Source: Azolla caroliniana
Lineage: Eukaryota > Plantae > Polypodiophyta
DNA length: 64,000 nt
Direction: 5' to 3'
Assembly: GCA_043228905.1 (NCBI GenBank)
Contig: JBHGNT010000006.1
Span: 16,492,001 to 16,556,000 of the forward strand
The notes beneath the pieces are model-generated. The model was not told the DNA's origin and searched no databases. It saw only the letters and a program-made list of their open reading frames with translations. This document shows, piece by piece, positions 24,746 to 36,800 of the stretch. The position numbers were made by a program, and so were the translations under genes. Every line of letters begins with the position of its first letter. Within the stretch, counting starts at the first letter, position 1.

Positions 24746-25797
24746 TCTAGAGTTACAAAGAGAGCCCAACCGTACTTCCACAAGCGCAGATGAAGAAATA
24801 TGGGTAGAATCAACGATGGAGTCACTATGAGAGGATTCAATGGCTGACCATTAGGAGTGGGAGGCCCAGGCCGTGGAGGACACGACACGGGGACCATAAC
24901 CAGAGTCGGAGAACTCCGAACCCTACCATGCTACGACACCAACCATCACAACGAATAACTAGGACCAATGAGGGAAACAATGTAAAGATCGAAGGGGTTC
25001 TAGGGGATAAGCGTAGGCTCGTAATAATGGAAGCATTAGGAAGTATAAACGCATGTGACACTCCGTGCACTAAGAGTAACTCTCCATGCCCTGTATATAT
25101 AAAGGGCATGGGAACACTATAAGGGGGGCCGTAGTTATTTTGTAAGTTGGAATATAGTCATGTTGTCTTTCTGAACTGTGTGTCTATGTTAACCTTATGT
25201 ATCTGTGGAGGTGGTAATTAAGCATGTCTGTGTAAAGAGAGATGACACGGTGCGAAGGAGCTCGGTTGTAGCCATCTCCTGTACAACGCTTCTTCCCTCG
25301 CGTATACCCTTACGACGTAAAGATTAGGCATAGTTTACTAGTCTAGACCTTTTACGCGCTCCATTTCGTGTACCACAATCTTCTTGAGCCGTACCCCAAA
25401 GGACCGAAGGTAGGCCGTGATAACCTACTCGGTAACACCAATCCATCTCTGACATGCGTCTAGCATATCGGTTGATAATACTTTGGTCAGCATGTCCGAC
25501 TCGTTCTCCTCTGTATGGATCTTCATCAACGAAAACTCTTTATCTCCTATCTTCTCCTGGAACCAGTGATATCTCCTCTGGATGTGTTCGATCTGGGAGT
25601 GATAGGCCGTGTTCATTGCAAGGTTTTTGGCGCTTTGATTGTCGGAGTAGAGGCGAAATTCATCATGCCAGATCCTTAAGTCTCCGATGAAGTCCTTCAT
25701 CCAGATTACTTGCTTGTAAGCTTCTACAACTACCATGTATTCTGCTTCCGTTGTCGATAGTGCCACCGATTTCTATAGTCTTGATTGTCATGATACC

Positions 25798-28700
25798 TAT
25801 CAAGACTAAGAGAGAGAGAGAGAGAGTATTGTAAAGATAATGTATTGCACTAGAAGATGGAATACAATGAGTAAACAACAAGGGAACTCTAGAATGGCAT
25901 TGAACCAAATTGGTTAATCCCTTATTATTAGATGCGTATTTATAAGTCTTAATGAGGTATTCTAGAAAGTCCTAGAATAAAGATTGTGCTAGAATACTCT
26001 AGAACATTCTAGACAATAGAGCACTCTAGAATATTCTAGAACATTCTAGAAGATAGAGTACTGTAGAAAACTTTATAATATTCTATATAGTTTATAAATT
26101 CTTTACACATAAATATATCATTACAATGGTTAAGAACTTGATATGTATATAACAAGGTTGTGGGTTTGATTCCTTGTAAACTCAAATCTTATGTAAGTAT
26201 CATCATGACACTATCCCCCTTCTTCAACAACCCATATCACGAGTCGCATGGGTTGAACTAGGACTTGGCTTATGAGGATATTGTCGATGAAATTCGGTGA
26301 CCATGTCTGTAGCATTGACAAGATTTGTTGCAGGTTCCCAAGTTCGATCATTGGGTGTATAGCCTAACCAATCGACCAAGTAATACAACTTGTTGTGCAT
26401 GATCTTGGAATCGAGAATGGCAGCAACCTCAAATTCTTGTCCTTCCAAAAACTCTACAGGTGGTGGGGGAGCTTCGATTAGTCTCTGGATGATAGCCCGA
26501 AGAAAGCTTAGCCGAAAATCGGAGAAGTTTTAACATGTGCTTCCACAACTTTGAGATGAATTGTGGACCTCGATCACTAATAATATCGTCTGGGAGACCA
26601 TGATGCTTGAATACCTCTCGCATAACTAGATTGACTTTCTCTTGACTAGTAATAGACTTTGTACATGGCAAAAAATGTGCCATTTTGGTAAGTCGATCGA
26701 CCACGGTCAGAATGGTATCAAAACCCCTCGAAACTAGGAGATTAGTAATGAAATCCAAGGATATAGACTTCCAAGGATTTTCAGGAATTGGAAGTGGTTG
26801 TAGTAACCCATATGATCGGTGTCGAGGACTCTTTGATTGACAACATGTATCACAACTTCGGACATACTCCTCCACAAAATGACGAAGTTGAGGCCACCAA
26901 TATCGCCGAGAAACTAATTCTAGAGTTTTGGCGACTCCCAAATGTCCAACCATTGGTGTGTCATGACAATGTTGTAAGACTTGCAAGCGTGGGGGACCAT
27001 TAGGAACATACAGTAGGTTTTGTCGAAACAGAAAACAACCATGCCAATAGAGCTACCTATAGTTAGTACGAGGGTTTTGCGACTTCGAGCAAGAAGCACG
27101 ATCCGGGGTGATATGATCCCAAACATCTTACGCGAACACATCTTTTCTCGAATGGAATCAAGAAGAGTGGAATCCTTGGGTGTGGTTATGGAATTAACTG
27201 CCATTAATCGTAGGCGATTTAGACCCAAAAGGATTTGTTTTTTATGCTCAAAAGTTGGTTCTCCTAGATGAAGTTCCATATAAGAGCATCAAGAAAGAGC
27301 ATCCGCTTTTCCTTGCTGCATCCCTGGGCTATATATGATTACAAAGTCAAAGTGAGTTAAAAATTGCGCCCAACGAGCTTGTCGCCGACTTAAGACTCGA
27401 GCATTCTGGAAATATGTTAGGTTCTTGTGATCATTGTAGACAATGATCTGCTGAGAAGAACCTTCCAGAAAATGTCGCCATTGTTGAAAAGAATCCACAA
27501 TTGCTAGAAGCTCTTTGTCATGGATCTTGTAATTAATCTCTACAGCTTCGAATTTTCGGGAATGAAAAGCAATAGGATGTAGTTGCTTGTCATCTCTAGT
27601 TTGCGATGGAATACTTCCTAATGCAAAGTCGGATGCATCAGCTTCAAGGATGAAGCGTTTCTTGGGATCAACATGAGCCAAAATAGGTGTTGCTATCAAT
27701 ACTCATTTTAAACTTTTGAACGCCTCGGTCGCCTCTAAATTCCATATGAATGGTTGATTCTTGTGTGTGAGTCGGGTTGATTCTCATTGATATATTCCCG
27801 CAAAGTCTCTAGCTCTACAGGTGAGAGATTATAAATTGGCACCCATGGCAGTTCTTTCCCTGATTGTAAGTAAATAGGGCAGTCACATGGCTAATGCTCT
27901 GGAAGTGTATTTGCCTTCACCTTATCAAAGACGTTTGAAAACTCTTTGTATTTTTTTGGTAATTGGACATTCGGCTCCGGTAAGATGGGTGATGAGCTTC
28001 ATGGAGTTGTTACGATTGCAAATACGAACATGTCCTTGTTCCTCCCTTCCTCACGTAACTGATGGAGAGAGATGGTTGATAACTTATGGGATCCAATATC
28101 AAATATTGGAGTATTGAGGGATGTGAGTGTAGTTCTTTTTTCTTGGGATTCCTCAATTTTTCTTTTCATCCAATCAATCTTCGGGTTATGTAGTTCAAAC
28201 CAAGGGAGACCTAGAACTAATGGGTGTGCTGGACTACGAATAATATTGAAAGAGAGGTTATTCAAGGGGATGTTTTGTGTCAATGCAAACTCACGATCCA
28301 TGAAACAAGAGTTGGCTCCAGAATCTAAGAGGGCAGAGGCTAGGACTCGATGACATGTAGATGTGCTAAGCTCAACTTGTGCAAAAAAAACTCGACTAAC
28401 TTGATTTGATGAAATGGAACCACGACTAGAAACTACTCTATATACTTATGATTGTCCAACCAAATGGCTCCTATTTTGGCCGGACTTACTCGTTTAACAC
28501 ATCCTCTAATTGGCTCAAGACATTGAATCTATTCTCATGCCATGGACTACTAGGCTTATTTATGTTATTAGAAGTAGTGTTGTCTTGTGCACTTACTTGG
28601 TATACTTGGCGTCTAGGTTTATGCAGACAATTCACAGCTATATGTCCTAGACCCCCACAATATAGACATAAGCAGTGTGCTCGACGTCGTTGCTTCTCAA

Positions 28701-30098
28701 CATCCAATAAAGGCCCCTGACGTTGTGTTGATTCTATTTCCATTGGAGTTGGGCCATCCCTCATGATGGGTCTAGAAACTTGTGGAGTCATTGCGACTAT
28801 AGAAGCGTACGTTTGTTCCAATTGAGGGTGCGGCATTTGTTGGCGCTCCGAGCGTCGCTCAAATAGGCGATTATCACATCGCACAACTCAACTAATTGCC
28901 TCTATAAGAGATTTTGGATCTTCATGAAAGGTAAAAAGAAGATCTTTGACATCATTACGCAAACCTTGACGGAATTGATCCATTAGAGCCGCCTCATCCC
29001 AAGGGATATCGCGTGCGAAGAGACGGAAATCAGTTGCGTAAGTCGACGTGGGACAATCTCCTTGTCGAAGCCTTTGAATCTTGTTTATTGTCATCCTAGT
29101 GTTGTTGGTATCTCTGAAGCTAGCTTGAAACTCCTTAAAAAATGCCTCAAAATCCTACAACAATGGTGATTTCTTCTCAAGGAGTGGTGCAAACCATGCT
29201 AGTGTTGTACCGCTTAGCAAGCTTCCAACTAATCCCACACGAGCAACTTCCGTTGGGTATTGATTGGGATGTAACTGAATAACCAAACGTACTTGATTTA
29301 AAAAGCCTAAAAATAGAGACCTCAAACCATCAAACTTAGCAGGGAGGCTAATCTTCGGTTGTTTGGGGTAGTTTTGAACCCCCGACAGTTGTTCTCGTAA
29401 TGATAATATAGTAGTCTCGAGTTGGCGAATTCATTGTGACAACTCTTCATATTGTTGCGCTTTCTCGGCACTCACATGTTGTAGGTCCCCGAGTAGCATT
29501 TGATTTTCTTGCTCTAGTGCCACAAATTTATTCGTGAGCATGTCGAGCTCAGAAAGGACGCGCATATATTCTTGTTTTCTCACGGACTCCATATCTTACG
29601 AGGGAGGAGGAAAAGAAAGAAGGAAACTTATTAAGGTTTTTGGAAGAGAAAGAAATGAGGGAGGAAAGAAAATTTTGGTTCAAACTGTCAAGACTAAGAG
29701 AGAGAGAGAGAGAGTATTGTAAAGATAATGTATTGCACTAGAAGATGGAATACAATGAGTAAACAACAAGGGAACTCTAGAATGGTGTTGAACCAAATTG
29801 GTTCATCCCTTATTTTTAGATGCATATTTATAAGTCTTAATAAGGTATTCTAGAAAGTCCTAGAATAAAGATTATGCTAGAATATTCTAGAACGTTCTAG
29901 ACAATAGAGCACTCTAGAATATTCTAGAACATTCTAGAAGATAGAGTACTCTAGAATACTTTATAATATTCTATATAGTTTATAAATTCTTTACACATAA
30001 ATATATCATTACAATGGTTAAGAACTCGATATGTACATAACAAGGTTGTGGGTTTGATTCCTTGTAAATCCAAATCGTATGTAAGTGTCATCATGATA
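25798..30098 (-). mobile_element. Chromovirus (Tcn1-like) gypsy element, internally deleted (no RT); LTRs 25798-26210 and 29686-30098; TSD ATACC
   Basis: Paired ~413-bp LTRs, ATACC on both flanks, PPT at 26211-26223. Gag with CLYCGGLGHIAVNC, protease LLDSGA, RNase H ([10 protein letters not shown]), integrase and chromodomain. Confidence 0.92.
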
Positions 30099-31280
30099 AT
30101 ACCACTCCCCCTGCATAGGTCATGATGTATCCGGACATGGACCTCTTGGTATTGACATCAGCCGGCATGTCCGAATTCATAAAGCCTTCCAATAGGTGTT
30201 TACTGGAGTTGAATCAGTGGCACATACTTGAGGTGCCTTCCAAGTACCAGAGTATCCACTTTACAGTTTCCCAATGTTCTCTTCCCGGATTGCTCATGAA
30301 CCGGATGACCACTCCGACTGCATATCGGATGTCTGGTTGGGTACACACCATAATGTACATTAGAATTCAGATTTCAGAGCCATACGGTACCTTCGTCATC
30401 TCCACTTTTTCTGACTTTGCTTTTCGGACAGCGTGAAGTTTGCCGGAAGTGTCAACCCAATCGGCTTTGCATCCATCATGCTGAACCATTGGAGCACCTT
30501 CATCACACACTTCTCCTTTGACATCCACAATAGCTTCTTCGTCAGGTCCCGGACTATGTGCATCCATAGTATCTGTCTCGTTGGACCCAAATCTTTCATT
30601 GAGAGGGACTATTTCAAGGACTTCTTCAACATTCCGATTTTGGTTCGGTCTTGTCCGATGATTAGCATGTCGTCCACATACAACAAGAGTATTAGGAAGT
30701 GTCCTCCGTTGAGCTTCTTCACGAACATGTAGTGGTCGGCCTACGTCTTGTGGTATCCTTGGTCAGTCATGAAGGAGTCCGACTTCCGGTACCATTGTCG
30801 GTGAGCTTGCTTTAGTTTGTATAAGCTCTTCTTCAACCCACACATTAGGTTCTCCTTCCCTTTCTTGACAAATCCCTCTAGTTGTTTCATGCAGATCTCA
30901 TCTTCGAGGTCACCAGGTAGGAATGTTGTCTGGACATCTAGTTGCTCGACCTTAAGATCCATGCTTTCCGTTATGCTCAACACAGTCCAGATAGATGTCA
31001 TTTTCACTACCGGGACAAAGATCTCATCGAAATCCACTCCTTTCTTCTACTGGAAGCCCTTCACCACAATGCGGACTTTGTACCTCAGTGGATTTCCGGC
31101 GTCTCCCGGTTTCAACTTGTATACCCACTTGTTCCGGAGTGCCCTCTTTCTTTTCGGCAACTCCGTCAGTTCATATGTGTGGTTCTCATGCAGGGAATCC
31201 ATCTCATCCTGATGCCACTTAACCACTTGTGGCTGTGGGTGTCATTCTTTGCTTTTTGGAAGCTTTCTAACTCCCCCTCG
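30099..31280 (-). pseudogene. Copia A reverse transcriptase remnant
   Basis: FDEIFVPVVKMTS, QLDVQTTFL, LKKSLYKLKQA, LLYVDDML, MKDLG. Confidence 0.85.
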
Positions 31281-31861
31281 TGTTGGGAAATCGGTCTCTC
31301 CAGATGGGATCCGGTGATGAATAAAGAGGACTCAGTGAGAACCGGAAGAGATACGGAAACCAGATCGGTGGACCCGGAAGAGAAGAGAGATTTTTAAATA
31401 TGTCTTGAATAAGCCCATTGAGGCTATATTTGTAAATAGCCCTAAGTTCCTATAACTATGAATATGACTTAGGGCAATCACTTTAGTGATATTGAGGTTA
31501 TTATAGTTGTGGTTGTATTGTTGTAACTGTTGTACAAACAGAGAGAGTGTGTGTGTGTGAGAGAGAGAGCGATACTATGTTGTAACCGCCACTGTACAAA
31601 GAAACAAAGCTCGAGGTCATTGCCTCCGAGTCTCTGATTGTACCCCTTTCTCTTCATAGTGATAGTTCGGAGTCTATGGGATCCCGTGGTTTTTCCCTAT
31701 TAGGGTTTTCCACGTAAACATCCTGTGTCATTTTCTTTGTGTACTCTCCCCTTCCCATTTCTGTGTTTGATTCTTATAGAAGTGATTTACTACTCGGTTG
31801 TGGCCGAGCGATATTCCGTGCATTTCTCTTCAATCTGGTATCAGAGCGAACACCACAGAAA

Positions 31862-33845
31862 ATGGAAGAATCTTGCGGTGGCATGTTCAAGATCACCGGC
31901 TCCAACTACTCAGTGTGAAAGTCGAAGATGAGGGATATGCCGGTGGTTAAAGATATTTGGTTGCCGGTTCAGTTCGGGGACAAGAGACCGCATAAGATTG
32001 ACACCACGGTGGGGGAGGTGATGCACATGAAGACGACGGCATACATTCGGTGCTTCATCGACATGAGCTTGTATAACAACTTCAATGAAAAGAGAAAGGC
32101 TCATGAACTCTAGAAGAAGATCAGCATCATGTTCTAGAACAAGAATGCCGTTAATCGGCTTTCGGTATTTCGGAAGCTAGTGAGGCTCCGATACCAAGAC
32201 GGCTCTAGTATGACAGATCACATGAATGCCTTCCAGGGTCTGATACACCAAGCAACCTCGTTGGAAGTACCTCTTGCCGATGAGGTACTTGCTCTACTCC
32301 TGCTCGATTCCCTCCTGGATAGCTGGGAGACGTTAGTTGTCACGTTGGGCAACACCGGCCCGGAAGGAAAACAACTATCCCTAGCAAGGGTCAAGTCGAG
32401 CTTGCTAGATGAGGAGGCGTGTCAAAAAGATAAGGAGGTAATCTCTGACACCAAAGCCCTCCTTACCGAATCGGAACGCGGAAGACAAAGGAATCGGAGT
32501 CCCTAGAATCGGGAAAAATCAGGGACATGGTCAAAGTCAAGGGGGAGGCCCACTTGGTTCTATTGTGGCAAGCCTTAGCACTTCCAAAAGAACTGTCAGC
32601 ATTTCCGGAAGGACAAGGGAACCGATAGTACCGATTCGAAGAAGTCACCGGACCAAAACCGTTCGTATCGGTGAGGCCCGGACCGAAAGGGAACGACGGT
32701 GATCGCGGCAAGTGAAGAAGAACTAATGCTTATCACTGAGGAGAGTGAGTTGAACCTTGTCGTCGACGAGACAAGGTGGGTTATCGATTCCGGAGCGTCA
32801 TTCCATCTTACCCCGGACCGGAAATTCTTCTCATCCTACACAACCGGTGAGCACGGCTGTGTCCGGATGGGGAATGAAGGGACATGCCGAATTATCAGCA
32901 TAGGAGATGTGTTGTTAACGACATCAACCGGATGCAAGTTGCTGTTGAAGGATGTTCGACAAGTTCCGGAGGTTCGATTGAACCAGATATCAGCCGATCA
33001 GCTAGATGATGAAGGTTACACAGGTAGCATTCGGAACGGTGTCATTAAGTTCTGCAAAGGGAGCTTAATAGTAGCTCGAGCCCGGAAGGTCAACACACTG
33101 TACTTGATGAATGCCCGGATATGCTGGGAAGAAGTGAATGTAGCATCCAACACTACCGGTGAGCTGTGGCACAAAAGACTGTGTCACATGAGTGAGAAAA
33201 GAGGCTTGCCGAAGACAACCTCATTCCGGTGAAGAACGTGCAATTTGAGAAGTGCACCGAATACCTAGCCGGCAAGCAAAACTGCATCTCCTTCCAGTCA
33301 AGACCATCGATGAGATGGAATGCACCAATGGAGCTGGTGCATTCCGATGTGTGTCAAGTTGACACGAAGTCACATGCTGGATCATAGTACTTCATAACGT
33401 TCATAGACAACCACAACCGGAAGCTGTGGGTCTCACTGTTGAAGACAAAGGACCAAGTGTCATCCCTCTTCAAGGAGCTCCACGCGAGAGTGGAAAGAGA
33501 AACCGGCCAGAAGTTGAAGGCGGTCCGAGCAGATAACGGAGGAGAATACCGGGGGCAGTTCGAGGAGTACTGCCGGTCAAAGGGAATCTGGCTCGAGTTT
33601 ACTGTGTCGAAGACGCCAGAACTAAACGGGTTGGCCGAAAGGATGAACCGGACCATAATGGAGAGAGTCCGGAGCATGCTCACACATGCCAAGTTACCCC
33701 GGAAGTTTTGGGTTGAGGCACTGACGACGGCGACCTATGTGATAAACAGATCACCCTCAGTACCCTTGGACGGAAACTCACGGCAGAAAGTATGGACCAG
33801 TAAGGATGTGTCTTACTGGCATCTGAAGGTGTTCGGGTGTCCCGT
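31862..33845 (+). pseudogene. Copia B gag-protease-integrase remnant (continues 41495-42084, 42670-42909 and 51444-51538)
   Basis: ORF fragments 32180-32506, 32699-33232, 33439-33845 (VRADNGGEY, PELNGLAERMNRT). Most of RT is deleted. Confidence 0.85.
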
Positions 33846-36800
33846 TGTCGTGAAGTTGACACTTCACGATGTGAAAACAATGTCAAAAATCTATAGAAGT
33901 ACAATTTCCATCTGGAGCTTATGACAAGGAGCATGAAGGAATTTTCGGTTCGTGAATCGGAATTCAGAAGCCCAAGATATAAGCTTCGGAAGGATTAATG
34001 TTACTTGGGACAAAAATGTAGTTATGTCAAAAGGGGGAGTCAAAATTAAATAAGGGCTATTTCTATAATTTCTTAAATATAGAACTATAAAATTGAATTG
34101 TAGTATCAATAAATAAAGAAAAAAAAAAGAAAAAAAAAATACAACCGCCTTGCATGAGGCGGTTTGTCAACCGCCTCAAGAGGGTGGTAGGGCGGTTGAC
34201 CACCCTATATAAGCCACGCCTATGGTGGCTAAACAGGGGAGAGAGGAGGAGAAGGAGAAGGAAGAGAAGGAAAAGCGAGTGAAGAAGCTCGTGTGGATAT
34301 GGGATGCAGAGCTCATCAAAGAAGATGGTGGCCTGCATAAATCAAGACAAGAGTTAAAGAAAAGAAAGGGAATACAACAGAAGGAAGAAGTTAAAGTGGT
34401 GTATCTCAAACATCTCTTTGTAAACAAAAGGTCGTGAGTTCGAATCCTCTTTAAATAAATTCTTTTGGTAATCAAATTTTGTAATATAAATTTAGTATAT
34501 ATAAAGTGAAAGAGAAAGACAAATAAATAGAAACCAGAGAGATTGAAGTGGTCTATCTCAAATGCTTCTTCTCCAATAGAGTTTGTGAGTTCAAGTCTTG
34601 CCAACTAACTAACATTTGGCAAATAAATATTGTAAGTGGTTGTTTTACAAGTAAAATTCTTTTCGCGACAACGTCGCATTTATCTTGCCTTCTCGGCTTC
34701 TTGTCATCGTACCATTTGCGATTACACGTTTTCACCCCGATCATCCCTGAGTCACAGAACCCCGGCGGTTGCGACACACAACCACAATCTTCGCGACACA
34801 AATTTGGTGAACCCGACGTGAAGTGTCGTTGACAAGGGGAGTTTCGGAGTTGAAGTCATTACAAAGAGAAGGTCGGAGAATCAAAGAAAATGGCAGATAA
34901 AGGTGCCAACACAGAGATGGCAAATAAGGGCTTCAATGAAGAGATGACAAATTTCATGATGACGATGATGAATTGGATGCTTCAAGAGCAAAGTGCAATG
35001 AACCGGATGGAAAGTGAGTTAACGCTCGTCGTACAAACGGTCATCGAGAGGATAAGCAAATTTATTGGCGAGGACGTCACTCGGTTCCTTGAGGTCTACG
35101 AATACGAGATGGCCAGTAGAGGGGAAACCGGAGAACAAATGGTCTCGTGCATCAATCGGGTATGCACACTTGATGTCCGAGCAAGGGTAATGGAATTATC
35201 AGAGAGATTTCGTGAAGATTGGGTTGGGTTCCGTCAAGCACTGCTTGATGAATACATGCTAGACGACCAGACCTGAATGTCGAAGAAGAGCTTTCTCGAA
35301 TGGACTGAGAAAGGGGGTACAGGACTCTCAGTTTCAGAATTGTTGAGAGAGTTTGAGAAAAGTTATAATGAGCTATCGGTAAGAGACCGAGAACTACTAC
35401 AATCAGAGAAGGTGGATTTATTCGTCCGAGCGACAGATAAATCTTTTAGAAAAGATATGACCATCCTTCTTGAAGACCGGACAAGCACAACTGGTTTGGT
35501 GTCCAATTGGGCGGAAGTACTCGAGGCTTGTCGAGTACTAAGAAGGAGGGCGCTAAGAATGGAGGATGGCTACGACAATAGAATAAAGACAACAACCAGA
35601 GAACATCCAAAACAAGAATCAGGAACCCAAACGGATATTGGCAAAGGAATGGAGCCAGAGTCCACGATTGATGACCTGATAAAGGGATTGCGGGATCTAC
35701 AACTCAAGTTCACAAAGATTGAGAAGGGGGAAAGCTCAGGTATTCGACAAAAGCCCAATGAAGGTGAAAAGGGTGAATTCATCCACCGATGCATATGGTG
35801 CGATAACACGAAACACCAAAAAAGGGATTGTCAGAGCCATAAGGAAGCGTTAGAAAGAAACATTATCTTCTATTAAAATGGGAGAATCCACTCCTCGGAG
35901 ACCCGAAAACCCCTAAAAACCAACTTCGGCAAAGGTGGAATGAAGAAAGTGATGGAGGACGAAGAGTCGAAGAATGTTCAGGCAATGTACTTTTCGACTA
36001 CTTGTGGATTGAAGGTCGATGATCCCCAGATTGAATGAGGACTCTGGGGAAAAGTGATAAAGTCTGCTATTGACAAAAGAGTCCAGCCACAGGACTTACG
36101 AAAGGCTAGTGACGAGATAAGGAGTAGTACTGGGTGGAATGACCTAGTAGATTCACTCACTCTGATCGCCAAGATAGCAGGGGTGAATGCCCACGAGGTG
36201 ACAGTCGAAGAAAAACGAAGGAGAACTGAAGAAGCGGGACCTTCTAGAAAACCTGAGACTTGAGAACAAAAGAGACGAGAAACTGAACGAGTTGTTGCAG
36301 AGGCGATGAAAAAAGACAAAGGTAAGCAAAAGATAGCCCCGTCATTCAAACTCGCCTCCGACATTGAAACATCCACCGACCTAAAGCATGTGCTAGAATC
36401 AAGGATTCTCGATAGTAAAGTTGAGTTAACACTTCGAGAAGTACTAGGGATCGCGAAGAAGGAATTTCATGAAGTGATCATTGATGTGATTCGGAGGAAA
36501 AGACAAGTGGTTGAAGAAACGGTTGGAGTAAATACCGTCATGATACGGGAGGAAGATGAAGATATGGAGACTGCATTGTTAGCCGGGGTACGGAGTGCTG
36601 ACACACAATGTAGTCATGAAGAGGAACAAAGTCATTACACCTGCACACATTGGGCTCGGGCGACAACCGAGGCTCTAGTCAGAATTGGAGATCAGATGGA
36701 ACCATGTGTGGCACTCATCGACCATGGCTCCGAGATAAATATCATATCGTCTGATTTTTACAATCGCAGGAGATGGCCAATAGAAAGGAACGACGGTTGG

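Larger units (their letters stand above)
13680..24830 (+). pseudogene. Degenerate extra 3' ORF of the Tat/Athila-like element, split by the DNA transposon (13680-13903 plus 23046-24830)
   Basis: The frame continues across the CTCA TSD (..KRYFREYSTS|TKA*ITSEVPNPFFRKVAKFLLEVG..QAIDWG), followed by coiled-coil and Pro/Glu-rich repeats. Confidence 0.55.
3828..25437 (+). mobile_element. Tat/Athila-like non-chromovirus gypsy element; LTR-homologous blocks 3862-4317 and 24981-25437; TSD CCAAT
   Basis: Direct repeats of ~455 bp. CCAAT at 3823-3827 and 25438-25442. PBS-like tggcatgcc at ~4321. Gag with zinc knuckle (xFICQQRGHYATQC), protease remnant at ~6900, integrase at 12454-13200, extra 3' ORF. 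RT/RNase H are missing. Confidence 0.8.
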
